Assembly (NCBI RefSeq): GCF_001447785.1
Contig: NW_015165831.1
Span: 1,800,411-1,864,410, forward strand
Direction of reading: 5' to 3'
Length of the DNA: 64,000 nucleotides
From: Gekko japonicus
Taxonomy: Eukaryota
Part shown: piece after piece, positions 38,027 to 51,275 of the stretch
How the letters are laid out: each line of letters begins with the position of its first letter
How positions within the stretch are numbered: the stretch's first letter is position 1
Position numbers and translations under genes: made by a program
The notes under the pieces: generated by a model
Seen by the model: only the letters and a program-made list of their open reading frames with translations
Told to the model about the DNA's origin: nothing
Database searches by the model: none

Positions 38027-41000
38027 CTAAAACAAATAAAGAATGGGGAAAAGCAGAGATTACTACATCCACATGATCTAAATTCCTCCTCAAAATCTTT
38101 TCACCTTACCCCAATTTGCATCCCTCCACTTGCAACAAAGCATGAGTATATATAACTGCATTTGCTCACATCCATTCTTTGTTACCCTGGCTGCAGCAAT
38201 GCCTCCTTGCCCATGGTCAGCCTTCAGAAGCTAGATCATAAATTCTTTGAGACAAGGACCTTTCTTTGAGACAAGGACCTTTCTCTTTTGCTTATTCATG
38301 TACGCTGATGGTACAAAACCAGAAATTACTACTAGAACAACAACATTTGTGACAAGTTTTCATTTTCTAAAAAAAGACAATCCACCAATCCCAGCCACGC
38401 AGCTCCAAAGACTTAAGGGCACTTCCAGCTCTGGGAGAGAAGCAGTGATTTCTGTCAATTTTCCCTCCCACTGCAGATCCCCATTTTCCCCCTATATTGT
38501 TCCTAAGGGTATGCTGACCCTATATGAACAAAACTGAAGGGAGGGGGAGCTCACTAGGCTGCAGCAAAAGGAAAAAGCAGAGAAAATTCCATGTGATGCA
38601 TTCCAAAAGTGGATCTTGTTGGATACAAGCCACCATCTTCCACAACCCTTTACAAGAAACAAAGCAAGTAACTTCCCCTTCAACACACTGATCTGCCACC
38701 CCATTATATGGCCAAAAATCCAAGCTACCTTAAATAGCAACAGAGTTACTCATGATGCTCCCATTTTTTAATGTTGCTGCACTTGCACAGGGGGTGGACC
38801 ACACTATTTGTTCAATAATGCAGTAAGTTCTTTCTGACAAGCTGGTGTGACAGGCAAATTAATCTGCACATTCTATAATATTTCGTTCTGTCACATTTTT
38901 TACCGTGCCCCTTTCCCCAAGCTCAGAATGGCATACAGGGTTCTCTTTTCATTTTATCCTCATAATAATCCAATGAAACAGATTAGAGCAAGAAAGGGTT
39001 ACTGGCCAAAGGTCACCTGGGAGCTTATGGCTAATGCTGGGTAGACCCAGAGTACATAGGATACCTTCACAATCCACATACCCAGTGTGAAAAAAATAAC
39101 CTAAACACATTTTTTTTAAAAAAAACTCCTTTCACTGCAGAACACTTGCTTTCCCTAAATCAGAATTCTATTTATTTATTCGATTTTTTTAGTTGCTGCT
39201 CACCTGAAGGGACTCGTGGTGACTTACAACATTAAAACCAATAAGGTAAAAACAGCATAAAATCAAATATAAAATGTTAACATTAAAATATGTGACGATC
39301 ATACCACTATTAAAACAGCCCAAACATGTGGTTATCCTCCAAAGGCCAACCTAAACAACTCAGCCTAGCATGCCCTGCAGACACTAAACAAGTCCGGTAG
39401 GGCACAAGTGTCATCCAAGAGTGCATTCTATAGGGTGAGGGCCACAACTGAGAAGGCCCTTCCCCTGGTGAGAGCTAACTGAGCCATGCTGGGGTCAGAC
39501 ACCTGCAAGAGGCCCCTAGATGATGACCAAAGGGAGTGTTGGGGGGTTGTAACAGCAGAGGTGGTCCCATAAATATGAGGGTCCCAAACCATTGATCTTA
39601 TTGAATAAAAGACTATTGGTTAATAGGCTTTAAAGAGCAATCCTTCTCCAGCAAACAGCTAGGAAAGCAAACAGACTATGTTAAGAAAACCATCACCGAT
39701 GGTCTACTAGTTTTCTTTTCTTCTCTTCTCCTTTCCAGAAACCCATCTATATCATGGGAATGACCAAGGGAAACCTAACTGCTACTGCCTGTCAATTGAG
39801 AGGTGCCCAATTATCTCACAAAGTCTATACCTGCAATAGAAACTCTGTGGCAAGCCAAAAAGTTGATCTGATGCTCTGTTCTCTCCTCTCTTAAACACAC
39901 TTCAACTAATGCCACTTTGTCTAATTCAGATCTTTGCTGCTGCCCCTCTAGCATCTTGGCAACTCGTAACTGGCTGCCCACATGTGTTGTGTTCCCTGCC
40001 AGGGATCCACAACCATATTAGGCGATTTCCTGTGCTCAATAAATCTACTGCTGCATCAAATCTCATTTCGATTCCTTTTTTATGAATGGAAGGAAGGAGG
40101 ACCCAAAGTGGCACAGCAACAGTGGCGTAATGCAATACTCAAGGAGAGTACTGGAGGCCAACCAAATCAAAACAGGAATGCTCTCCACACACTGCAGCAA
40201 CAACCAGAGGCGATGGAAAAGTCTTTGGGGCAGGACTCAAAGCAGAAACCCTTTCATTTCTGTAGTGTTCTGTGCACTTTTTAAATAAAATAAAGTGAAA
40301 GAAAATCGGAAGCACTCTATAGTCATATGATAACTTTGGAAGAAGTGACTAGACTAGATTTTAACACGGAAAAAAATATTGTTTTTGGTACAGTGAGGAT
40401 CCCAAATAGACATGATACAAGAAAGTGACCGGGGGGGGGGGGGAGGAAGAATAAAGCACTCACAGGCAAAAATTCATTGGGGGTGCAGACACAAAAGGGA
40501 GGATGAGATTATGGAGAGAATGGCAGCGGATCACAATGTGAAACTGGGCCCACGTAAAAGGGGCTTGAACGAAATGTGAAGGGGTGGGGGCGCACCTAAA
40601 AAGCAACGGGCACAGCACAGACAAAGGAGACGGGGAACTCACAAGCATGGAAGTGGGTGCGAGGACAGGTGCTGGCAAGAAAAAGAATGAGGCGATGACA
40701 CCATACCCTGGAAGTTCTCAATACACGCTTGGGGGGAAATAACTGAGGCAGATAACGACAGCGAATTGGGGGGGAGATTGGGGGGGGGGGGATCCGGGCG
40801 GCCTCTCCATACACATTTGGGGGTGGGTGTCAAAGACGTAAGGGATAACCTGGGATACCGAGTACGGTGCGGGGGCTATCAAGGGAATGCCTAAGAATCA
40901 GCTTGGGTGGAGAAACAGATGGGGTGCAGGGAATTATGAGGCAAATCCTCCTGGGGGAGAGGTGGAAATGAAGCAAAAGGTTATCGCGGATATTTACGGG

Positions 41001-41154
41001 GGGAATCAGAAGGGACTGAGAGTGAAGCGCGGCGTAAGGAGGTAGAACACGGAGGGGGGGTCTTTTAGGGCGGTGAAAGAGAAGGGCCAGTTGGGGGCCC
41101 CCAAAACGAGAGGGAAGGTCTTTCGCTCCCTCCCATCCCTCCCCCCCGACTCAC

Positions 41155-41185
41155 TGAGCACGAGGACGGGGCGTGGGCCCATCAT
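41155..41185 (-). CDS. CCT3: CCT3 (T-complex protein 1 subunit gamma) coding exon 1, MMGPRPVLVL
   Basis: ATG at 41185, 31 nt, A|gtgagt donor, in a CpG island; the 14 exons sum to 1638 nt = 545 aa + stop. Confidence 0.96.
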
Positions 41186-41189
41186 CTTC

Positions 41190-41900
41190 GCGGCGAGGAG
41201 AGCGAAGAAACCGGCGCAGAACCTTCTGGAGGAGGAGGAGGAGGAGGAGACTAGGGGACGGAGTGTGGAAAAACCGCCGCTTCACCGCGCTCGGACAACC
41301 TAACACTCTCTCAGGGGCACCTCGCCAATCAGCTCAGGCACTGCGAATGCCTTGACCAATGGAGAAATCGCCTCCGTCACGGGAGCCCCGCCCCCTCCTC
41401 TTCAAGCAAGATTAGTTGACAGGGTAACGGGCTAGACTTCCCCGCCCCGTTTGTTCACTCCAGCGCGTGCAAAGCCGCTGTAGAGGGTTAAAGGAACGCG
41501 CTTGCGTGGCCACGCCTCGAAACGCATGCGTACAGCAAAACCAAACGAGGCGTGGTGAAAACCTCTGCGCTTGCGCAAGGAGTAACGACTCGAAGGAGAC
41601 GTGCGCATGCGCATAGTCTCTAGTTAGCGGTTGGTTGGTTGGATGGATGGATGGAGGAAAGCCTTCGCATCGGCGGTCGCTGCAGCAGCTGCCGCGCGGT
41701 AGTTCTGACAGGCAACACCCCAAAGGCGAGTTTTGGGGAATAAAGAAGGAGCTGCGGGGCCCTGCCCATCCCTTGCCTAGGCTTGATGGGATTTGTAGTC
41801 TCGTTCGGCTTTCATATAAAGGCATCATGGGAGTTGGAGTCTTAGTTCCCTGCCGCTATACTTTATGGGAGCTGTAGGTTTCTCTTTGCCCAACATGTGC
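41190..41900. promoter_or_regulatory. CpG-island bidirectional promoter shared by CCT3 and TSACC
   Basis: CpG-rich; CCAAT boxes near 41325 and 41356; GC boxes near 41386 and 41441; NRF1 sites TGCGCTTGCGCA 41566-41577 and TGCGCATGCGCA 41602-41613; ZNF143-like GCTTGATGGGATTTGTAGTC 41781-41800. Confidence 0.85.
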
Positions 41901-43991
41901 TTGGCGGTGGAGAACGTCGCTCGTTAAAACCGGCTTCTATATACGTTCATGTACGTAGTGGTTCTGTCGTGCTTTATGGGCCGAACCAAATAAACTGAAT
42001 ACGTAGCATTTACTCATATAATGAATAATGCCTGAGGTGTATACGTGTTCTAAACACTTTTGCACCCCTTAACATGTAAGATGGACCACTATTATTAACC
42101 TCATATTGCAATAAGGGGATAAGGCTGGGTAGGCGTGGTTTGCTTGCTGATGAGACTCCAGCAATGTACAGCTTGCTCTGCACTTCAGGTCTTCTAACCT
42201 GCTCCTCATACACAAGGCTTCCTCAGAAATAAACTTTACTCTGTTGCCAACTACCTGCATTAGCTCTAATGATCATCCTTGATGACACTACACTGCTTCT
42301 GCACACTGGAGTTGTGTTTACTTACTTCATTTATATTCCACTTTCCCTCCCAGTTGGGATCCAAAGTGGCTTACAACATTCTCCCCTTCCCCCATTTTAT
42401 CCCCATAACACGGATGTAAGTTAGGCTGAGACTGTGTGACTGGCCCAAGGTCACCCAGCAATTTCCAAGGCAGAGTGGAGATCTGAACCTGCATTCTAGA
42501 CTGACGCTCTTAACTGCTAAATCACACTGGTTCGCCTACAGGATTAATCCCTAGAAAGAGAAGAACTCTGTCCGTTTTCTCTACACCATGCATTATTTTG
42601 TAAATATAAAACCCCAAAACACCCCTGTAACCCTCTGCCATCACTGCCACCTAAAAAGGAATGACCACCTCTCAAGACAAACAAGCGAAGAAGAAAGAAC
42701 CTTCTAAATTACAGAACATAAAAACGTAGAAATGAGATAACAGAAAAAAGCATACAAAATACAAAAGAAAGACAATGTTGAATCAAGTTCTTGACAGAGG
42801 GCTTAATATTTAGCATAGTTTTCAATTTATCTTACCAGAGACAACTAAGAGAGGAAGTTAATAATGGCATAGGATTTTTTAAAGATAATTTTTGTATACC
42901 TTATACTTAATTCCTTTTCCATTTGAGAAAGGGCTTGGACAGATGTTGATTGTTGAATACCTCCTGCCTGCTTTCTTGCCTCTGAACTGAGGGGCCAAGT
43001 TTGGCCCAGGCTCAGTGTGTTCAAATGTGGCAGGGGGAAAGGTTCCTGGGATTTGAATGGCTGCACAGAAGACAGAAGGTGCAGCTTGGTGCCATGAGAG
43101 ATAGCCAGTGTGATGCAATAGTTAGAGTGTCGGGACTGGGATCGGGGAGACCTGGGTCTGAGCCCCCACTCTGCCGTGGAAGCTCTCTGGGTGATCAGGA
43201 GCCAGTCACACACTTTCAGCCTAACCTACCTCACAGGGCAGTCGCGAGGATAAAACAGGGGAGAGGAGAATGATGTAAGCCACTTTGGGGAGAAAGGCGG
43301 GGTATAGATGAAGTAAGTGACAGAGTGAGAGGCCCAAGTCAGCCGGCTTTGTGGCTGTGCAGGGATCAGGACCCGGTTCTCCACAGTCATAGTCCATCAC
43401 TAAGCACTAGACCACACAGGCTGTATCTGAGAAACTTATCAGTCCTGATGCACTGGACCCACAATCTGCTTCCTCGTAACTGAACGAGGTATTTTCCTTC
43501 ATCGCAGTCCAACCTCATTGCACAGATGTTGTGAAGATAAAACAGGAGAGGAGACTGATGTAAGCTGCTTCAGAGTCCCACTGGGGAGAAAAGTGGGGCA
43601 TAGACGCAGCAAATAAAAAAAGAATAATTGTGATGGAAACTGCACCCGCTCACATTGAAAAACATACTCAGGTGCATCATTGCAACCCTCAGTCCTTGAA
43701 AGGTGTTTTATTTAAAACAATGAAAGCAGGCGTTCTTATGATGCTCTTTTCAATGTCTCATGCCCGAGTCTGGCCTTAAGCTCTGCAAAAACGAAGTTGC
43801 CAGCTGAACCAAGCAATGGAAACAGGAGCATCAGAAGATTAGAGATTAGGCCATTGATCCCCTGAGCCCTGACTAGCAGTCAGGGTCTCAGGCTGAGAAA
43901 GGTCATTCCCAGTACTGGCTATCCTTTAATGGGGATGCCTGGGATTGTACTGGGGACCTTCTGCATGTAAAGTGTGCGCTCTGCCCCTGAG

Positions 43992-44197
43992 CAGTGTTCC
44001 CTCTAAGCTGAGTTAGTGTGAGCTAGCTCACAGTTTTTTAGCCTCCAGCTCACACATTTTTGTCTTAACTCAGGAAGGAGGGCTCCAGAGCCAACTAAGT
44101 TATGCAGCAGCCAAGTTGCTCGCTCACAACTTTAGTGCCAGTAGCTCTCAAAGTAGAATTTTTGCTCACAAGACTCCACAGCTTAGAGGGAACATTG
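43992..44197 (+). mobile_element. hAT MITE, 206 bp, same family, inserted in a SINE head
   Basis: TIRs CAGTGTTCCCTCTAAGCTG / CAGCTTAGAGGGAACATTG; exact 8-bp TSD CCCCTGAG. Confidence 0.92.
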
Positions 44198-44553
44198 CCC
44201 CTGAGCCAAGGCTCCAACTCAAAAGGCCCACCAAAGGGTTGCCTTTGCTGTTCCAAGTGGCCAAAGCCTTGGGAAAGCTGATGGACAGACTGCTGAGTGA
44301 TGCTCTAATTTGTCATTTATTTCTAACCACAGCAGTATGAAACCAGGGAGAAACCAGAAGACCGTCTTGGCCTTAAATAAAAAACCTCTCCCTCTCCCTC
44401 CACTGCATGTCAAAGGGGAGTTGCTTTCCAGTCTCAGACTTTATCCCCCGCCCCTTAATGAACCGTCTCCTAACATCCCACTAATTAAACAAGTAACGGT
44501 GCTTCCTTTTCCTCTCCCTCTCTGTTGTAGGCTCAAACTGCAGCCCTGCTCGG

Positions 44554-44599
44554 ATGGACCCAGATGTAAACCCTCAGGATGAAAAGCAGCACCGGAAAA
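44554..44599 (+). CDS. TSACC: TSACC-like first coding exon (MDPDVNPQDEKQHRK)
   Basis: Pyrimidine-rich acceptor ending 44530, ATG 44554, A|gtaggt phase-1 donor compatible with the next exon; little sequence similarity, called from structure. Confidence 0.6.
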
Positions 44600-45001
44600 G
44601 TAGGTTGGCCCACCCTCCTCCAGATGCAGGTCCGAAAGCTCAGACTGCATCTTATCCTAGGGTGGCTAGGCTCCAGGTGGAGCCTGGAGAGCTCCTGGAA
44701 CTACAACTGACCTTCAGTATAGAGATCAGTTCTCCTGGAGTAAATGGCTGCTTTTGCGGGTGGACTCGAAGGCATTATGCTCTGCTGAGGTCCCTCCCCT
44801 CTCCGAAGCCCAGCGTCCCAGGCTCCACCTCCCAAATATCCAGGAACTTCCCAACATGGGCAACACGACCCTGAAGCAATGATGCCAGAACAGTGGAAGG
44901 AGAAAAGGCATAAATCTGCAGCCTATAACTAGAACAAAAGTTACCATCACCAAATTACTAATAACGTTTTCTAATGCTATTTTCCGGTCTTACATAATTT
45001 A

Positions 45002-45274
45002 GAAGAAGAGATTGGATTTATCCCCCGCCCTTCACTACCCAAAGGAGTCTCAGAGCGGCTTACAAACTCCTTTCCCTTCCTCTCCCCACAACAGACACCC
45101 TGTGAGGTAGGTGGGGCTGAGAGAGCTCTGACAGAAACTGTTCTTTTTTCAAGAACAGCTGTGCCAGAACTATGGCTTGCCCAAGGTCATCCAGCAGGTG
45201 CGAATGGAGGAGTGGGGAATCAAACCCGGTTCTCCCAGATTAGAGTCCGTGCACTTAACCACTACACCAAACTG
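45002..45274 (-). mobile_element. Squam3-like SINE
   Basis: Near identical to 28801-29081; 11-bp TSD TACATAATTTA at 44991-45001 and 45275-45285. Confidence 0.82.
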
Positions 45275-47014
45275 TACATAATTTAATACTTACAATCATA
45301 TAACTTACATGACAATCATATACAATGAGTCAAATATACATAATATTCAATACCAAAATCAAACCAAGTCCTTCAAATGGTGCTCCAAGGCAGGGATACC
45401 ACATAAATCCTTGAAGAAATCTCGTGGCTGTAGGATTGTGTCGCTGTATGCCACTGGGGAGACTCCCAAAGCAGGACTTCACCACTTTTTCCAATGTTTG
45501 TAACAATCCTCTCATGTATTTCAATGGGCAGTCCGAAGGGAATTTTCCGTATATGTACTCTTAGCGCTCAGCACTGTTAGCAAAGGTCCTGGCAACAAGC
45601 AGTCGACTTGAAATGCTCGTTTCACCCCCAGTTTCTTCATGGTTGGGACATTAAAGCAAGCATAATTTTCTGTGTTTTAATATCCAATATATCTTATTCA
45701 GGACTAAAATTTCCAAGACGTTCTCTCACTAATTGGAATCTGCTCCCAATTGGATTCTCCTTCTAGGCTACTGATATGGACTAACACTCCACTTGCAGCT
45801 GCTGGATGACCTTGGGCAAGCCATAGTTCTGTCAGAGCTGTTCTCTCAAGGACAGTTCTGGAAAGAGCTCTCTCAGCCCTGCCTTCCTCACATGGTGTCT
45901 GTTGTGAGGAGGGGAAGGGATAAGAGTTTGTAAGCCACTCTGACACTCCGCATGAAAACTGGCACGGAGCACCATGACAAAATGGTTGCCACAGGACGGG
46001 ACCAATCGAAAAATGGCTACCATGGGGGGAAGGGACTGGGTCCAATCACAAAAAGTTGGGCAGTTCCACAAACTATTAGGAGATCCCAAGCCAAGCATCC
46101 TCTAGCACACACCACTGTTTCCAAAGTTTGTTTACTTCATTTATAGTCCCTTTCCTTAGGCAATAATATTGGATTACCGCAATAGAAAAGGAAAAAACCA
46201 TAATAATAATATATTCCATAAACAAAACAGTTTTAGTGGGGGGGCTGGCTAAAATGTTCAGAGACATTTAGAACTACTGCCTTGTTCCCAATATAAAAGG
46301 TGCTCTTTTGTACATCTGTTTTACTACACTCCTGTTCCCTTTGAAACATTTAAATTCCAGAACAGTTTTGTTTTACACATTCTGTGGAATGATAGAAGAG
46401 CAGGAGCCTCCCTGACCTCCTCAGGTAGGCCATTGCACAAGGTGGGGCCTCCACAGAGAGTGCTTAGACACAGGAAGCTGCTGATCTTACCTAGAGCATC
46501 CCAATCAGAAGGCTTCACTCAGAAGAACACAGCAGGGCCTGTTGGGATAGACAGCCCTTTAGATATGTGGGTGGCCACGAAGGACTTTGTATATAATAAC
46601 ATGGTGACTTGCTTCTCCAGCAGTAACGCTGGGTACAGTATACCCCCTACACCCTTAACGGAGTCAGTGAGAGAGAGAGAGAGTGCCCTCCAAGGCTTCA
46701 GCCTTTCCCACCAGCATAACCTCCATTCCTTCAAGATTCAGTGCTCCCTGCAGAAACAAAGGTAGTGCTTCCTGGGCACTTCTGAAGTACCTCTGAAGTG
46801 GAGGGAAGGCAAGACTGGCTATTTTCTTTCAGGATGAGAAGTTTTGGGGAAGAGGCAAGGGGGTGCCAGGACACATGACCACGGATGACACGGCACCCAC
46901 ACGGACACCTCATTGGGAATCCCTGTTTTAATGCTTGCATTTCTTCAGACCATGTCCCTAAATGCCCCTTTCAAAGAACACCATGAAAATGCTTCCTCTT
47001 GTACAGCTGGAGGA

Positions 47015-47408
47015 GCCTGGAGAGGCTGAGGGGCTTGGGAATGTTCAGTCTGGAGAAGAGGAGGTTGTGTGTGTGTGTGTTTGGGGGGGGTATGATTGCT
47101 CTCTTTAAGTATTTGAAGGGCTGTCACTTAGAGGAGGGCAGGGAGCTGTTTCTGTTGGCCTCAGAGGATATGACTTGCAATCATGGGTTTACATAACGGG
47201 GGAAAAGAAACCCACTGGATATTAGGGGGAAATTTTTATTACAGCAACAGCAGTTCAGCAGTGGAACTGGCTGCTTAGGGAGGTGGTGGTGAGCTCCCCT
47301 TCCATGGCAGTCTTCAAGCAGCAGCAGGATGAACACCTGTCAGGGATGCTTTAGGCTGATCCTGAGACTAGGTGGCCTGCATGGCCCCTTCTGACTCTAT
47401 GATTCTAT
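47015..47408 (+). mobile_element. CR1 LINE 3' end
   Basis: Same family as 10290-10676. Confidence 0.85.
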
Positions 47409-47653
47409 TATTTTAACTTCATTAAAATATATATATATATATTTGATTTCTAGCCCGTCCTCCCCTGCACAGCAAGGGTCAGGGCAGGTGACAACAAAAT
47501 AATAACTATAATATAGGTACAACGATTATATATAAATATCATGAAAACCATACACACACACTATATATATATCATTAAAACAAACTGATGGCAGACAATA
47601 ATACAATTGAATATCTCCATTCCCACAATAGCTGTTGCCTAATAATACTTGTT

Positions 47654-48001
47654 GAGCTGCTGTGGCTCAAGTGGTTAAGACGCTGAACTGCAGGCTGTGG
47701 AAGGTCGGTAGTTCAGCAGTTCGAGACCCGAGTGTGCCGCATGATGGACTGAGCTCCCATCTCTGGTTCCAGCTCCTGCCAACCTAGCAGTTCGAAAGCA
47801 AGAAATTGCAAGTAGATAAATAGGTACCACTTCAGTGGGAAGGTAACAGTGTTCCGTGCGCCTTGGTGTTTAGTCATGCCGGCCACATGACCACGGAAAT
47901 GTCTTCGGACAGCGCTGGCTCTTCGGCTTTGAAACAGAGATGAGCACCACAATCCTAGAGTCGGACTCGACTGGCTTTCGAGCAAGGGAACCTTTACCTT
48001 T
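47654..48001 (+). mobile_element. Full-length Sauria SINE
   Basis: Near reverse complement of 827-1176; ends CCTTTACCTTT. Confidence 0.88.
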
Positions 48002-50187
48002 AACACTGAGGCAGTGAGTGGACGAGAAAGTCGAACAAGACAGATGACAACCAAACATCTGAGCTATCCAGTGGCTTACTGCCTAGGATTTACACTCACA
48101 CAAAATTAAATCAAGTTTCGCTTTGACGTGGCCTCTCATTTTCTGTAAGGCCCAACCATCCAAGAGCCTGGAAGATCTGCGAATGGCACTTCCTAACATT
48201 TTAAAAAACGGTAGCTACATGGGACCTCAATTTTGATTGCGGATGTGGTGCAGGGAACTGTTGGGATTCAGCATCGGGAGGGAGGGAGGACTTCAGGTTA
48301 CAGCGATAGGGAGAAAACTTACCAGATTGATTTTATCAAGCAGCTGCCCCACAGTAATTGTTGTCTTTTTCAGGTACAAGAAGATCCTCGCAAGTCCCAC
48401 GTAGGTGTTTTGATTCTTACTGTCTTTAGATAACCCAAGCCAAGCTAAACCTGTTAATTAATTAAATGGATTAATTAATTTAACTAGAGTTGCCAACTTT
48501 TGGGTTATGCCCTTACCATCTGAAGAACAATGGGTGGCTTGTCCAGGGCCTCCTTGGTAGGAGCAGCACAACAGCAGATTTCCCGCTTACAAACTTTGCC
48601 GTGTCCCCTTTGCTAGTCTTTCACTGTCAGTCCACTGAGAGATGACCCTCTATAAATAGCCTGAAGTGCTCCTTAGCCATATCGCTTTGGGACACTGCAT
48701 ACGAGGATGCTTAATCAGAGCACAGACAGACGGGGCAATGATTACCTGTGGCTCAGATGGCTTGCTGGGTTCCACCAGGAAGGAGGGAGGGTGTGACATT
48801 CCTGCTCTCCTGTAGTCTTCGTGCACAAGTCCCAGCTGTCCCACAAGGTCTTGGCAATGAGAGAATTAGAGCTGTGCCATCTTCCTCCTGGGCATTCAGT
48901 GGTGAGAGGAAAGGCCGCAGCTCTCTGGCATCTACCACCCCAGCCCCTGACCGGCAGCTACCCAGCCAAGTGCCAGATGAGCTCTCCACCAGCGGAGCTC
49001 TCCTTTGGTGTCTGCCCAGAATGGTTCCAGGGCTACCCTGTTCCTGCAGTCATTGAGGCTTGAGCCCACACCACCTGACACCTCCACTGCCTCTGCAGCA
49101 GCAACGAAGCACCTACACGGGTAGTTTTCTGTGCACTTTCCTTGCCAGAACTGGTCCCCTCACCTCCATTCCTGGTAGTTGCCTGGCAATTGACGTAGCT
49201 TCACCATAGCTTCACATTGGTAATTGACATATTGCTCTATGCGGGCTGACTGAGATGTTTGGGAAGGATCATAGGAAAGCAAGGTCAAAATGGAAAGTCA
49301 GTGGTATGGGGACAATGGAATACGGATATTCCAAAATAAACCCCGCTGCGATGTAGACATTGAACCGAAGCAAAACCTCTGTTCCTAACTTGCCAGTCTG
49401 TGAAAGGCAAATGGGAGTCTCATGAGGCCTCTGGTTGTGTTGAGGCACTGAGGATTTGCATTGGGGAGGGATAGGGGATGGAATCCTTCGACCCTGTGCT
49501 GTTTTGTCAGGTGAACCTGAACTCTTTCAGTTGCTATTCACATTTTAAAGGGGATTTTTTTTTCCCCTTTTAAAATGCAAAAAGCAGCACAGATGTTAGC
49601 TCCACAATTCAATGGGGATAAGCTGATTGCCATGTTACTGGGCAGCTTCAAGCTCTTTTGAATGCAGTCCCCACACGGTGAAAGCTAGTATTTATCCCAC
49701 TAAGGAAAATTCAGAGCAAGCATCGATAGCGGGCAAAACAGGCAACTGCTGCCCCAAATGGCAGCCATGTGTTTAGCTCAGCCCCCTATTGATGGCATCC
49801 GGCTGAACTCATCTGTTTCTTGACACCATACCTATTCTGTGTTTCCCCTGCACCCTGCCAGCAGCAGCCACTGATGCAGAGGAGGAAACATGGAATGGCA
49901 TGAGGTCAGAACACAAATAAGTGTGTGCTGAAATTAGACTCACAGCTGCCATTTTCTGCAGCAGTTGCAGGCTGGCCTGACACACGTGCTTACTTTGCCC
50001 CTTATTCTCAGGCAGAATAATTTTTCCATTAGACAGGGAATACTAGCTGTTACCAGAGCCTGTGAAATGAGTGACACATGACTGTTTGCCACCCCAGAAG
50101 AAAATAATGTGTGAATTGATCTCAAGTTTCCAGATGTTCAGGCCATGCAAAATGTATTTTCCCTCCTCTGCTCTCTTTCTTTCTCAG

Positions 50188-50346
50188 CAGGAGATGAATC
50201 TGAAGGCCCACCTGCTTCTTTTAAGCCCCTGTGTCCTGCCAAACCCTCCCCCAGTTTCCTAGAGATTCCGGCTACTCAGTGGAGGCCTAGCCCGAGCCTT
50301 CCATATACTCAGACGGCTAGGGGAGGGAAAGGAAAGAGACATTTCT
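50188..50346 (+). CDS. TSACC: TSACC-like middle exon (GDESEGPPASFKPLCPAKPSPSFLEIP...GKRHF)
   Basis: PLCPAKPSPSF resembles human PLCRAKPSPSY; tandem cagcag acceptor; T|gtaagt phase-1 donor. Confidence 0.82.
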
Positions 50347-51275
50347 GTAAGTGATAGAAATCCTGTTGTACTTCATGTTTGTGTGTAGTCAGGAGTCCTG
50401 GAAGCTGTAACCCGGTGGTGGCAAACATTTTTGGTGATTGTGCCACAAGCCAGATTCAACACACGATGCGTTTGGGGAGGTAATACATCTGAGACTGATT
50501 GGCTGTGCAGGTGCAATGCCACGGAATGTTCAGTTGCTCGGGGGAATGTAGTAGTTTGCGGTCCAACTTCTATGAGGGACAGGAAAATTGCCTGCTTGGA
50601 TGGGGTTTAGAACTTCACATGAGGAATGGTTGGAGACTGGGGAGAGGTCACGGGAAGCTAAGAGACGGTGAGAAGGAAAACAACTGAAGGAAGAATATCA
50701 TGCAGGCAATACACTGAGGTGGAACCTGAAGAAAGGGCAGGTTGGTAAATACCCATCTTTGCATCAGGTTAAGACACTCAAGGCATTCTTGTATCTGCTC
50801 CTCCCCCAACAGAACTTCCTGCCATTGCAAACTCACCAAAGTCTGAGTACCTTTAGGGATGAGTCGCAAGGCCTTCCCGTTTGGGCCAGTCTTTGGGGTT
50901 CAAGATTAAGCTGGGTTTGCTTCCACACAGAGCTCTCCCCCTCCAGCATCAGTTTTAAATTGACCTTTCACGTCGTTGTGCCAGCTGTCTACTTTCTGGG
51001 TTTTCCACATTTTTGCCCTGCAGTTTCCCAGAACCTGCTTGTGGGAAACCATTCCCGGTAGACCATACCCACAGTGAGTTTGAGGAGAGCGTGGCTGGGA
51101 AGATGTGGGCTTTCACACCTCCCTGCCCATACCTGCTCTCCTCCTGCCTCCCATTCCCCACCCCACTCCCACACCAGTGGGCTTTTTGCCTTTTAAAAAA
51201 ATCAGCAGTAGACATATGACTATAGTGTCCTAAGACTACAACAATATTCCTACCAAAACAAACATTGAACAAAAA

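Noticed and set aside
22886-41185. Intronic snoRNAs in CCT3
   Set aside because: No convincing C/D or H/ACA box pair with terminal stems seen by eye; needs an Rfam/snoReport scan
49862-49910. cagcagcag acceptor as another TSACC exon
   Set aside because: No donor in a compatible phase; the frame stops shortly after
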